The notes under the pieces were generated by a model. It did not search any database and was not told the DNA's origin. It saw only the letters and a program-made list of their open reading frames with translations. Shown piece by piece: positions 34,888 through 43,608 of a stretch of DNA of 64,000 nt. How positions within the stretch are numbered: position 1 is the stretch's first letter; each line of letters starts with the position of its first letter. A program made the translations under genes and the position numbers. The stretch is from Acidimicrobiales bacterium (GTDB lineage Bacteria > Actinomycetota > Acidimicrobiia > Acidimicrobiales > DATDAH01), in NCBI GenBank assembly GCA_041918615.1, contig JAYRVH010000007.1:71426-135425 (forward strand), read 5' to 3'.

Positions 34888-35967
34888 CTACCTGGCGCCT
34901 TGGCCAGGTTCGGGGTCGGCCCCCGCCACGGCGTGCACGACCTCGATCGCTGTTTCGATGCCCTCGGTGCCGACGTCGAGGTGGGTCACCGCACGGATCC
35001 GGCCGCCGGCCGGACCCATGCGCACCCCGTTGCGCTCGATCGCGCCACCGAATCCGGCAACCGTCCAGCCCGGCGGCGGGTCGAAGTACACCATGTTCGT
35101 GTCGGGGGCATCGACGGCGATACCTGCCGCAGACAGCCCACTTGCGAGGCGCGTGGCGTTGGCATGGTCGTCCGCCAGGCGCGCAACGTGGTTGTCGAGG
35201 GCATGGAGACACCCGGCGGCCGCGATCCCCGCCTGGCGCATCGCGCCACCGAAGAGGTGCTTGAAGCGTCGGCAACGCTCGATGAAGGGGGCGGGGCCGG
35301 CGATGGCGGCACCGATGGGCGCGCCGAGCCCCTTGGTGAAGTCGACCCAGACGGAGTCGACGGCGCCTCCCCAGACCTCGGCGGGCACCCCGCTGGCGAC
35401 CACGGCATTGAGCAGGCGCGCACCGTCGACGTGCACCTTGACCCCCCGTCGATGGGCCGTCGCCACCACCTCGCGGTACCGATCGAGTGGCCACACCGTG
35501 CCGCCGGCCAGGTTGTGCGTCTGTTCGAGCGCCACGAGTGTCGTGGCCGGGATGTGCACGGTGCCGGGTGTGATCACCGCCTCGAGCTGCTCGGCCGTGA
35601 ACGTGCCCCGCTCGCCCGGCACCTGCTCGAGCACGACCCCCGACATCAGCGCCGGGCCGCCGGACTCGTAGCGCAGCAGATGGGCATCACGTTCGATGAT
35701 GACCGAGTCGCCCGGCGAGGTGAGCGCTGCCACCGCGAGCCGGTTGCACATCGTGCCGGTGACCGCGAACAGCGCGGCCTCCTGCCCCAACAACTCGGCC
35801 ACCCGCCGCTGCAGCTCGTTGACCGTGGGGTCCTCACCCCGCTGCTCGTCGCCCACCTCGGCCGCCGCGATGGCCCGTCGCATCGCCGCGGTCGGACGGG
35901 TGGCGGTGTCGCTCGAGAGGTCGATCAAGAGGACGGCCCCGGCGCCAGCTCGAGTCCGCAGCGACAA
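34888..35967 (-). CDS. ltaE: low-specificity threonine aldolase (PLP-dependent)
   Basis: IDLSSDTATRPTAAMRRAIAAAEVGDEQRGEDPTVNEL and DSVWVDFTKGLGAP (PLP Lys) are present. The start may be slightly downstream, because 43 nt overlap the upstream gene. Confidence 0.8.
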   Translation of the reverse strand: MSLRTRAGAGAVLLIDLSSDTATRPTAAMRRAIAAAEVGDEQRGEDPTVNELQRRVAELLGQEAALFAVTGTMCNRLAVAALTSPGDSVIIERDAHLLRYESGGPALMSGVVLEQVPGERGTFTAEQLEAVITPGTVHIPATTLVALEQTHNLAGGTVWPLDRYREVVATAHRRGVKVHVDGARLLNAVVASGVPAEVWGGAVDSVWVDFTKGLGAPIGAAIAGPAPFIERCRRFKHLFGGAMRQAGIAAAGCLHALDNHVARLADDHANATRLASGLSAAGIAVDAPDTNMVYFDPPPGWTVAGFGGAIERNGVRMGPAGGRIRAVTHLDVGTEGIETAIEVVHAVAGADPEPGQGAR

Positions 35968-37859
35968 CCGGCGTGTGCCGGTGGGTGGTGATGGCCGGTG
36001 GGAAAGGCGTCCCCGCGGACGACCGGCCCCGCCAAGGCGTTGTCGGCACAGTCAGGGCAGGCTTCGTCGGCGTCATCGAGGGCCCACCGAAGGGCGGCCT
36101 TCTTGCCGGCACCGGAGAGGACGCCCTGGTGGTAGGCCGAGCTCGCGGCGTCGGCCACCAGCGCTGCGATCGTCTGGGTCTTGCACTCGCGGAAGGCGGC
36201 GCGAACCAGCTCAGAAGCCTCACGTGTGTCGGCGCCGGCATCGCCGAGCCCGCGACGCAGGCGCTCGTGGAGGGGGTTGGCGATCTCGGCGCCGAGCGCG
36301 GCCGCCATCGGTCGCCCGGCCGGTGGGCGCGACCGACGGCCGTGCGACATCGACGCCGTGCCTGTCGCCGCGACCGCCCCGAGCGGCTCGACGGCCGTCG
36401 CCGCGAGCCGTTCGGCGAGCACCGCACGGTCACCGAGGACGTCGGCGACGCTCGGCACCTGGTTCTTGCGTAGCCGGCGGATCCTGTCGAGCACCTCGTT
36501 CTGCTCGTCGGCCAGCACCCGCTTGAGGGCACTCCCGAGTGCCTCACGAGCCGTGATCAACGACGCCTGGTGATCGATGGCATGAGCCACCGAGGCTCCG
36601 TCCGGCGGCGCGAGGCCCTCGACCGGTGGCGCGGGCTCGGACAGGCCCCCGACGCCGTCGCTGGCCGCCGGCTCGCTCTCGGGAGCCTCCGCCGAAGGCG
36701 CCTCGGCAAGCACCGATCTGGCTTCGACGACCGCTTCGGCCCGGGCTGCCCGGAGCCCGGCGAAGAGATCGTCGAGGCTCGCCGGATCCGCGACGACGGA
36801 CCCTGGCTGCGCCTCGAGTCCGGGCGCCGGAACGATCTCCTCCTCCGCGGGCCCGAAATCGGGATCGAGCCCTGGTTCGGGCGCGGACCCGACATCGGTC
36901 GACGCTTCGGGCTCGTCTCGAGACTCGACCGCCGCCTCGGGCTCGTCTCGAGACTCGACCGCCGCCTCGGGCTCCTCCACCTCAACCGCCGCCTCGGGCT
37001 CCTCCGGCTCAACCGCCTCCTCGGGCTCCTCCGGCTCAACCGCCTCCTCGGGCTCGTCTAGAGACTCGACCGCCTCGTCTCGAGACTCGACCGCCGCCTC
37101 GGACTCATCCGGCTCGGGCGCCTCCTCGGTCTCCGTCGGCTCGGGCGCGGTCGCCATGGGCACGATGCGTACGTCCTCGAAGTCCGCGCTCGGCTCCACC
37201 AGCGGCAGCGCCCTCTGGTCGGGGCCAGCCGGCACGGGCTCGTCAGCCGCTGACACCGGGACGGCCTCGGTGGGCGCCTGCTCCTCGATGATGGGAAGGC
37301 CGGCCAGGCGTGCCGCGTCGATCTCCTCTTCCAGAGCCGCTACCGCGTCGTCGTCGCCATCCGCATCGTCGCCGACGTCGCCCCCGAAACGCCGGCCGGC
37401 GGCCTCGGCGGCCAAGCGGGCTTCGGGAAGTGATGCCCGCATCTCCTCGGTGGCGCCGTCAATCGTCTGACGAACGACCTCGAATGCCTCGAGCAGGCGC
37501 TCACGGCCGGCCATGAGCTGCTCCACCTGCTGGCGCGCGTGCCGTCGTCGGCGAGCGAGGTCGCCGAGCATCCGCTCGCGAACCCGTTGCGCCTCGGCCA
37601 CCATCTCCCGGCCCTGCTGTCGTCCCGTCTCGGCAGCTTCCTCGGCCTCTGCCGCGGTGGACTCGCGCAGCTCCTGCAGCTCCCGCTCGGCGAAGGCCAG
37701 CCGCTCGTGCAAGTCGCGCTCACGCTCCGACGCCGCCCGCATGGCATCGCTCACGGCGACGAGGAGCGCCCTCACCTCACCGGTGTCGTAGCCCCTGAAC
37801 GAGTTGGAGAACTCGGTCGTGGCCAGGCGATCGGGATCAAGGGAGCCGGCGGAGGACAT
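35925..37859 (-). CDS. DivIVA-domain protein with an acidic repeat linker and a Cys/His C-terminal domain (phage Mu F-like motif)
   Basis: The N-terminus TEFSNSFRGYDTGEVRALL plus a coiled coil is DivIVA-like. The central part carries (E/P/A/V)-rich repeats. The C-terminus reads ACPDCADNALAGPVVRGDAFPTGHHHPPAHAGCRC. Confidence 0.75.
   Translation of the reverse strand: MSSAGSLDPDRLATTEFSNSFRGYDTGEVRALLVAVSDAMRAASERERDLHERLAFAERELQELRESTAAEAEEAAETGRQQGREMVAEAQRVRERMLGDLARRRRHARQQVEQLMAGRERLLEAFEVVRQTIDGATEEMRASLPEARLAAEAAGRRFGGDVGDDADGDDDAVAALEEEIDAARLAGLPIIEEQAPTEAVPVSAADEPVPAGPDQRALPLVEPSADFEDVRIVPMATAPEPTETEEAPEPDESEAAVESRDEAVESLDEPEEAVEPEEPEEAVEPEEPEAAVEVEEPEAAVESRDEPEAAVESRDEPEASTDVGSAPEPGLDPDFGPAEEEIVPAPGLEAQPGSVVADPASLDDLFAGLRAARAEAVVEARSVLAEAPSAEAPESEPAASDGVGGLSEPAPPVEGLAPPDGASVAHAIDHQASLITAREALGSALKRVLADEQNEVLDRIRRLRKNQVPSVADVLGDRAVLAERLAATAVEPLGAVAATGTASMSHGRRSRPPAGRPMAAALGAEIANPLHERLRRGLGDAGADTREASELVRAAFRECKTQTIAALVADAASSAYHQGVLSGAGKKAALRWALDDADEACPDCADNALAGPVVRGDAFPTGHHHPPAHAGCRCGLELAPGPSS
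36904..37125. repeat. mosaic tandem array of 27- and 30-bp units within the DivIVA-like gene
   Basis: Units such as CCTCGGGCTCGTCTCGAGACTCGACCGCCG occur twice and more. CCTCGGGCTCCTCCGGCTCAACCGCCT occurs about three times. They encode EPEEAVEP/ESRDEPEAAV repeats. Confidence 0.85.
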
Positions 37860-37879
37860 CGCCTCGATGGTAGGACCGG

Positions 37880-39178
37880 TCAGGGGTCGGCGGGCTGATC
37901 CACGACCGGAGGCTCGAGGGCAAGGGCGTTGCCGCCCAACTCGTCGAGGGCCCGGAGGGCGTCGTCGAGGGTCTCGACGCCGACCACCTTCACGTCGCCC
38001 GAGTGGGCGCGGGCATCATCGGCCTCGCCCGCCGGCACGATGAACACGTCCGCCCCGGCGTCACTCACCGCGGCCGCCTTCTGCGCAATGCCACCGATGG
38101 GACCCACGTTGCCCAGCCCGTCGATCGTTCCGGTGACGGCCACCTGATTGCCCCCGGTGAGCTCTCCCGGGGTCAACACGTCGAGCACCGCCAGCGTGAA
38201 CGCCAGGCCCGCCGAGGGTCCGCCGACCTGGCCCGTGTCGATCTCGACGGGGAAGGGGAAGTCGAGGACTTGGTCACGGGTCCCGAGCTGGACACCGAGA
38301 AGCGGCGCCTCGGGGTCATCGGGCCTCGAACCCAACTCGACCGTCTCGGTGCGTGCTCGTACGCGCTGCGCTCCCTCTTCACCCGCACCGCTACCGTCAC
38401 CGTCTCCCTCTTCGCCACCTCCGTCCCCCTCGTCGACCGGGGTCTCCAGGGCGAGGACGACCTCGTCGCCAGGATCGCGGGCCTTGATCTCCGACACCAC
38501 GTCGTCCGACGTGTCGGTGGCCCTCCCGTCGACCGCGACGATCACGTCACCGGGGCGCAGCACGTCGGCCACCGGCATGTCCGGGGCGACACCGGCCACG
38601 ATCGCGCCGGTGCCCGACTCGACCTGGAAGCCCAGGTGCTCGAAGGCCACCTCGGCAGCCACGTCGACCGAGTTGTCCATGAGCTCCAGATTGACTTCGC
38701 GGTTCTCCTCGGCGCTGTTGTCGCCCAGGATGAGCTTCTCGTCGACGACGTCCGCATCGGGGTCCAGCCAGCCCAGCAGGGCCGACAGCACGCGGGCGGG
38801 CCGAGTGGAGACCGTCGTGAAGTAGATCTCGCCGTCCTCCGGTGGATACTCCCGCCCTCCTTCGACGGAAACCAAGGGCTCGGTGGCCCGCGCCGAGCCG
38901 GGCGACACGATGTAATACGGGACGGGCACGAAGAAGCTTGCGACCAGGGCGATCAGGACGAGCCCGGCCGAGATGCCGAGGACCAGGCGAATGCGGCGTC
39001 GCTTCCGAGAGATCGGCGGCGCGGTGCCATCGGCATCGTTGACGGCCTCGGCCGCGGCTGGAGAGGCCGCCGCAACGGGAAGTACAGTGTCGTCTCTCGT
39101 GTCCACGATCGTGATCAGCCTGGTTGTGGTGGCGGGCGCGATTGCCGTCGTGCTCTGGATGACGGTCGGCAATTCCAC
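37880..39178 (-). CDS. PDZ-domain Lon-like (S16) protease, YlbL/SdrC-like
   Basis: It has a TM anchor, a PDZ segment (GDVIVAVDGRATDT) and a Lon proteolytic domain (GGPSAGLAFTLAVLD...GTIDGLGNVGPIGGIAQK). Confidence 0.85.
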   Translation of the reverse strand: MELPTVIQSTTAIAPATTTRLITIVDTRDDTVLPVAAASPAAAEAVNDADGTAPPISRKRRRIRLVLGISAGLVLIALVASFFVPVPYYIVSPGSARATEPLVSVEGGREYPPEDGEIYFTTVSTRPARVLSALLGWLDPDADVVDEKLILGDNSAEENREVNLELMDNSVDVAAEVAFEHLGFQVESGTGAIVAGVAPDMPVADVLRPGDVIVAVDGRATDTSDDVVSEIKARDPGDEVVLALETPVDEGDGGGEEGDGDGSGAGEEGAQRVRARTETVELGSRPDDPEAPLLGVQLGTRDQVLDFPFPVEIDTGQVGGPSAGLAFTLAVLDVLTPGELTGGNQVAVTGTIDGLGNVGPIGGIAQKAAAVSDAGADVFIVPAGEADDARAHSGDVKVVGVETLDDALRALDELGGNALALEPPVVDQPADP

Positions 39179-39620
39179 TCAGCCTGCCACGCAGGACCGG
39201 GAACGAGCCGGCAGCCCCGCCGAAACAGGCGCTCTCGACCCAGTGGTCGTGCACGTCGAGGCGGGTGTGGTGGTTCCCGATGACGACTGGGAGCCGGAAC
39301 CCCCGACCGCCCCGACCGCCCCGACCGAGCCCCCGGTTCGCGTTACGCCGACGCCAACGCCGGTATCGCCGCCGGCGACGCCCGCACCGGCCAGACCGAC
39401 ACGGGGTCGACGAGCAGCAACACGATCGCGTGACCAGAAGGCCGTGCGGATCCCTGGCCGCATCTCGTTCGAGCCCGTCCCGCCGGTCACGTGGTCCCGA
39501 CGCCTACGCTCGGCGCTCGGGGTATTGCTCGTGGTGATAGCCGTGGGGCTGGCCTTCGCGACCATGGTCGCCGCCGTCGTGGTTGCCATCAGCCGGGCGC
39601 TGCAAGGCGCCGTCAACTGA
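39159..39620 (+). CDS. hypothetical Pro-rich protein with a C-terminal TM anchor
   Basis: It lies within ORF 38973..39620. The start is uncertain, because the ATG at 39159 would overlap the divergent protease start. The C-terminal helix is LGVLLVVIAVGLAFATMVAAVVVAI. Confidence 0.35.
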   Translation: MTVGNSTQPATQDRERAGSPAETGALDPVVVHVEAGVVVPDDDWEPEPPTAPTAPTEPPVRVTPTPTPVSPPATPAPARPTRGRRAATRSRDQKAVRIPGRISFEPVPPVTWSRRLRSALGVLLVVIAVGLAFATMVAAVVVAISRALQGAVN

Positions 39621-39634
39621 CCGCGCCGGCCTCC

Positions 39635-40177
39635 CTATCGGCCGAACAGACCCCGACGGGCGCCCATGCCGTTGCCCGAGCCGACCGAGTCGTCGGTCTC
39701 GATGACCGGCGGTGGGGGCGGGGGCGGGGGGATCTCGACGGCCGGGTCTGCGCCGACCTCGTGATGACCGAAGGGCGAGGCCTCGGGCATCAGCGGCGGC
39801 TCCGCCATCAGCGGCGCCGCCATCGGGGAGCGATCAGCACGTGCCATCGACGGCGCAGGCTCGTCGATCACGGGCAGGTCCATCCATCCGCGCTCCTCGG
39901 GGGGCGCTGGAGCCGCCACCGCAACGGCGGGGGGCGGTGGAGGCGTGGGCGACGCCATGGGAGCAGCGGCTCGGGACGGGAGCGCCTCGTTGCCGACCTC
40001 GACCCGGAAGTACGGCTTGAAGTCGAACTCGACTTCATCCATCCGGAAGATCCGTGCCTCGTCGACACCGTCGGCGTTGCGAAGGCGCTCGACGAACGCC
40101 ACCGCGTCGTCGAGCACTTCGGTCTGGTGGTAGCCGGGCTGCCCGTCCGTCGTGCGGTAGATCACCATGTGCGACAC
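39635..40177 (-). CDS. hypothetical protein
   Basis: The GTG at 40177 has a GGAAGGAG RBS 6 nt upstream. The product (VSHMVIYRTTDGQPGYHQTEVLDDAVAFVERL...) is followed by a Pro-rich tail. Confidence 0.55.
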   Translation of the reverse strand: MSHMVIYRTTDGQPGYHQTEVLDDAVAFVERLRNADGVDEARIFRMDEVEFDFKPYFRVEVGNEALPSRAAAPMASPTPPPPPAVAVAAPAPPEERGWMDLPVIDEPAPSMARADRSPMAAPLMAEPPLMPEASPFGHHEVGADPAVEIPPPPPPPPVIETDDSVGSGNGMGARRGLFGR

Positions 40178-40224
40178 GGTGTACTCCTTCCTGTGGGAAC
40201 ACACCCCAATCGGTCGGGAGGGGG

Positions 40225-40830
40225 GTGCACTTGAGTCGACCTTCGGAAAATACCCGACGCGGGGCTGCGCTCGCTGGTCACGTCGGCGACACCGCCGCCG
40301 CTCGTCGGTTCCTCGACCACCCCGATCCGGCAGTCCGCTCGACCGCGCTCGGCGCCCTGGCCCGTCTCGGGCAGGTGACCGCCGCCGACCTACGGTCCGC
40401 GTCGGTCGATTCCGGGCCCGAGGTCCGTCGGCGCGTCGCCGAGGTCGTGGCCGCGCGCGATCCCGGGCCGTCGGTGTCACTGCTCGGCCTGCTGACCGAC
40501 GCCGACGCCACGGTGGTCGAGGTGGCGGCCTGGGCCTCGGGCGAGCGCCTGGTGCCCGAGACCGGCATCGTGGCCACCCTCTCGACCCTTGCCGTCGAGC
40601 ATGATGATGCACTGTGCCGTGAGGCGGCGGTGGCCGCGCTCGGCGCGATCGGCAACCCCGACGGGCTTCCCGCGATCCTGGCGGCGACCACAGACAAGGC
40701 CACTGTCCGGCGCAGGGCCATCATCGCCCTCGCGCCCTTCGATGGCCCGGAGGTCGATGCTGCCCTGCGCCAGGCGCTCACCGACCGCGACTGGCAGGTA
40801 CGCCAGGCCGCGGAGGACCTGCTGGGTTAG
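40225..40830 (+). CDS. HEAT-repeat protein
   Basis: Repeated DPAVRSTALGAL / EVRRRVAEVV / ALCREAAVAALGAIG / WQVRQAAEDLL units are present. The start is uncertain. Confidence 0.6.
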   Translation: MHLSRPSENTRRGAALAGHVGDTAAARRFLDHPDPAVRSTALGALARLGQVTAADLRSASVDSGPEVRRRVAEVVAARDPGPSVSLLGLLTDADATVVEVAAWASGERLVPETGIVATLSTLAVEHDDALCREAAVAALGAIGNPDGLPAILAATTDKATVRRRAIIALAPFDGPEVDAALRQALTDRDWQVRQAAEDLLG

Positions 40831-40885
40831 CGGGTGGACGGAGGTCGAGGCAGGCCCGGAGGCCCGGGCGACCGGCGCCGACGAT

Positions 40886-40928
40886 CTGGACGCGCCCCGT
40901 GTCCATGACGACACGGGGGCGCGTCCAG
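40886..40928. terminator. bidirectional stem-loop between convergent genes
   Basis: CTGGACGCGCCCCGTGTC-loop-GACACGGGGGCGCGTCCAG forms a roughly 18-bp GC-rich stem. It lies between the HEAT gene stop (40830) and the livJ-like stop (40939). Confidence 0.6.
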
Positions 40929-40938
40929 AACCGCCTGG

Positions 40939-42297
40939 TCAGCCGCCTTCGGAGTCGGGGGTGAACTCGGCGCTCTGGCCCTCGAGGTTGATCGGGTCGC
41001 CGACGAAGTCGAAGTAGTCGCCGTTGTACTGGGCGACCTGGAGCGTCTCGATCGGGAAGGGGTCCTCGGCCCCGTTGGTGGTGAGGGACACGCCCGGCAG
41101 CAGCAGACCCACGGTGAGCCCGTCGAGGCTGTAGGCGGACTGCATGATGTTCTCGCGGGTGAGGTCGGGGGTGTTGCGGACCGTCTCGGCCAGCCATTGG
41201 CCAAACGTCCAGCCGATGCCCACGACGCCGTCCTCGACCTCTTCGGCCGACAGGCCGTGCGCGGCACCCTGCGTCTGGAACTCCACCATGGCCTCGTCGT
41301 CGTCCCACTGCGGATCAGCCGGGTCCTTCAGGTAGATCGCGCTCAGCACACCGTCGGCCGACCCGGGGCTGGCCAGGCCGATCACCGTCGACGAGGTGCA
41401 GGTCTGCGACAGCCAGACCGTTTCCGGGTCGTAGCCGGACTGGGCCTGCAGGGCGTCGAGGGCCTGCGGGCACTTGAGGGCGGTGGCGCCCAGCAACACC
41501 GTGTCGGCGCCACTGCTGGCGATCGAGGTGATCTGGCTGTCCACATCGCTGTCCGAGGGCTCGTAGCTCTCTTCGGTGACGATCTCGATATCGGTGCCCT
41601 CGGTCAGCGCCGTGATCGAGTCGAGGTACTCCTTGCCGAAGTCGTCGTTCTGATAGAGGATCGCCACCTTGGCATCGGGGTTGTTCTCCGTGAGGTACTG
41701 GACGAACACGCCCATCTCGGTGGCATAGGTCGGGAGCGACCCGATGGTGAACGGGTACTCGTCCGGGTTGCCCCACAGGGCGGCGCCGGTGGCCGCGTAG
41801 AGCTGCGGGATGCAGTCCTGGTTGAGGGTGTCGCGGATGGCCAGGTTGTTGGGCGTTCCGACGACATTGAAGATGCCGAACACCTGGTCCTGTTGCACCA
41901 ACTGCTGCACATTGGACACGGTCTGGCCCGATTCGTAGGCGTCATCGGTCACCTCGACGCTGATCTCACGACCGTCGACCCCGCCCTCTTCCTGGTTGAG
42001 GTAGTCGAAGTAGGCCGTGTAGCCCGCGGCGATCTTCGAGAACGCCGCGTACAGGCCCGACTGCGGCACGCTGGTGCCGAACTTGATCGACGTGTCGGTG
42101 ACGCCCTGGGTCGGGCTGCCGGTGCATGAGGCCGTGTCGATGGTGAGCGGCCCTGCGGCCTCGGACCCGCCGCTCGTGCCGCCGCTGTCGGAATCACTGC
42201 TGGTGTCGTCGCGGCCGCCGCCGCCGCAGGCCGCCGCAGTGAGGACGAGGGCGATCGCCAGCGCGAGCCAGCGTGCCCCTCGGGTCCGTGTGGTCAT
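40939..42297 (-). CDS. ABC transporter substrate-binding lipoprotein (branched-chain amino acid/LivJ-like)
   Basis: It has a lipobox (LTAAAC) and a type I periplasmic-binding fold pattern. It is the first gene downstream of the liv permease/ATPase genes. Confidence 0.8.
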   Translation of the reverse strand: MTTRTRGARWLALAIALVLTAAACGGGGRDDTSSDSDSGGTSGGSEAAGPLTIDTASCTGSPTQGVTDTSIKFGTSVPQSGLYAAFSKIAAGYTAYFDYLNQEEGGVDGREISVEVTDDAYESGQTVSNVQQLVQQDQVFGIFNVVGTPNNLAIRDTLNQDCIPQLYAATGAALWGNPDEYPFTIGSLPTYATEMGVFVQYLTENNPDAKVAILYQNDDFGKEYLDSITALTEGTDIEIVTEESYEPSDSDVDSQITSIASSGADTVLLGATALKCPQALDALQAQSGYDPETVWLSQTCTSSTVIGLASPGSADGVLSAIYLKDPADPQWDDDEAMVEFQTQGAAHGLSAEEVEDGVVGIGWTFGQWLAETVRNTPDLTRENIMQSAYSLDGLTVGLLLPGVSLTTNGAEDPFPIETLQVAQYNGDYFDFVGDPINLEGQSAEFTPDSEGG

Positions 42298-42320
42298 GGT
42301 TCTGGTTCTCCTGGGTTGAG

Positions 42321-42384
42321 GATCAGGTTGCAGGAAGGCGAGGATCAGGTTGCAGGAAGGCGAGGGTCAGGTTGCAGGAAGCGG
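42321..42384. repeat. 22-bp tandem repeat, 2 perfect copies plus 1 diverged copy (GATCAGGTTGCAGGAAGGCGAG)
   Basis: The copies are at 42321-42342, 42343-42364 and 42365-42384. The third copy contains the livM stop codon and its last codons. Confidence 0.85.
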
Positions 42385-43608
42385 ACTGTCGACCGGGGGC
42401 GTGGGCCCTGCCGGGGTGGACCGGCGCAGGTGGCGGGACGCAAAGGCCCACAACTGCTTGAGTCCGCCCATGATGCCGCCCGGCAGGACGAGCATCAAGA
42501 GGATGAGCAGTCCGCCGTAGATCACCTGCGAGAGCGCAGGGTTGATGTCACTCGAGAACTCGGGGACGAAGACGACGAAGAAGGCCCCGATGACGGGACC
42601 GAAGATCGTGGCGGCGCCCCCGATCACGAGCGCCGCCAGGAACTCGATGGACTTGTTGATGGTGAACGAGTTGGCGTCGACGAACGGCGTGTTGATCACC
42701 GACATCGACCCGGCGATGCCGGCCAGGGCCGCACTCAGCCCGAAGGTCATCACCTTGTAGGCGGCCAGGTTCACGCCCACGACCTCGGCGGCCACCTCGT
42801 TGTCGCGCACGGCGATGAGGGCCCGGCCCACCCGGCTCTTCACCAGGTTGCGGGCCAGCACGAACAGCACCACCGCCATGATGAGCAGCAGGTAGTAGAT
42901 GAACTGGTCGTTGGTGAGGCTGGACCAGCTGGGCACCTGGAACCGGGGCACCACCTTGCCCTGCGTGCCACCGGTGACCGAGCTGAACTTCTTGACCACC
43001 AACGTGAAGGTGGTGGCGAAGGCCAGGGTGGTGAGGGCCAGGTAGAGCCCTTTGATGCGCAGTGCGGGCACACCGATGAGCGCCCCGACGACGAAGGCCA
43101 GGAGCGCACCGACCGGCATGGTGGCGAGGTACGACCAGCCGTGGTCGGCCACGAGGATGGCGGTGGTGTAGGCACCGATGCCGAAGAAGGCGCCGTGGCC
43201 GATGGAGATCTGGCCGTTGAACCCCGTGAGCAGGCCCAGGCCCAGCACGGCCACCGACAAGAAGATGACCTCGTTGAACTGCCGGACCCGGAACTCCTGG
43301 TAGTAGAGCGGCAGCTCGTAGAGGACGATGGCCACCACCACGACCACCACCGCCTTGGCCACGAACGTCCCGGAAAGCGAGCGGCGATTCAGGCGGCCTG
43401 GGGACGCGGAAGGGCGGAGCTTGGGTCGAATTAGCGCGAAATAGACGATGGTCCCCAACGGGCCGACAAAAAACTGGACGAGAACCCAGACGACCTTGTT
43501 CTGGTTTGCCTCCGACCACCGGCTTTCGGGGATCAGCGCTGCATCGAGTATTCCGACAATTGGCAGCAGGACCGCGGCGGCGACGATCAGCAAGAGAAGG
43601 ACCGTCAT
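42367..43608 (-). CDS. livM: branched-chain amino acid ABC permease LivM with an N-terminal extension
   Basis: The permease core is GQISIGHGAFFGIGAYT... The extra N-terminus of about 60 aa reads NKVVWVLVQFFVGPLGTIVYFALIRPK. Confidence 0.85.
   Translation of the reverse strand: MTVLLLLIVAAAVLLPIVGILDAALIPESRWSEANQNKVVWVLVQFFVGPLGTIVYFALIRPKLRPSASPGRLNRRSLSGTFVAKAVVVVVVAIVLYELPLYYQEFRVRQFNEVIFLSVAVLGLGLLTGFNGQISIGHGAFFGIGAYTTAILVADHGWSYLATMPVGALLAFVVGALIGVPALRIKGLYLALTTLAFATTFTLVVKKFSSVTGGTQGKVVPRFQVPSWSSLTNDQFIYYLLLIMAVVLFVLARNLVKSRVGRALIAVRDNEVAAEVVGVNLAAYKVMTFGLSAALAGIAGSMSVINTPFVDANSFTINKSIEFLAALVIGGAATIFGPVIGAFFVVFVPEFSSDINPALSQVIYGGLLILLMLVLPGGIMGGLKQLWAFASRHLRRSTPAGPTPPVDSPLPAT

Noticed and set aside
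32807-35671. 954-aa ORF on the plus strand
   Set aside because: It is antisense to the well-supported UPF0182 and ltaE genes. The sequence is low-complexity and rich in Arg, Gly, Asp, Val and Glu, as is typical of shadow ORFs in high-GC DNA. I recognise no motif.
36904-37125. Possible CRISPR array (regular short repeats)
   Set aside because: The repeats are contiguous, with no unique spacers. They lie in frame within a coding sequence and encode acidic peptide repeats. The 22-bp repeats at 42321-42384 also lack spacers.
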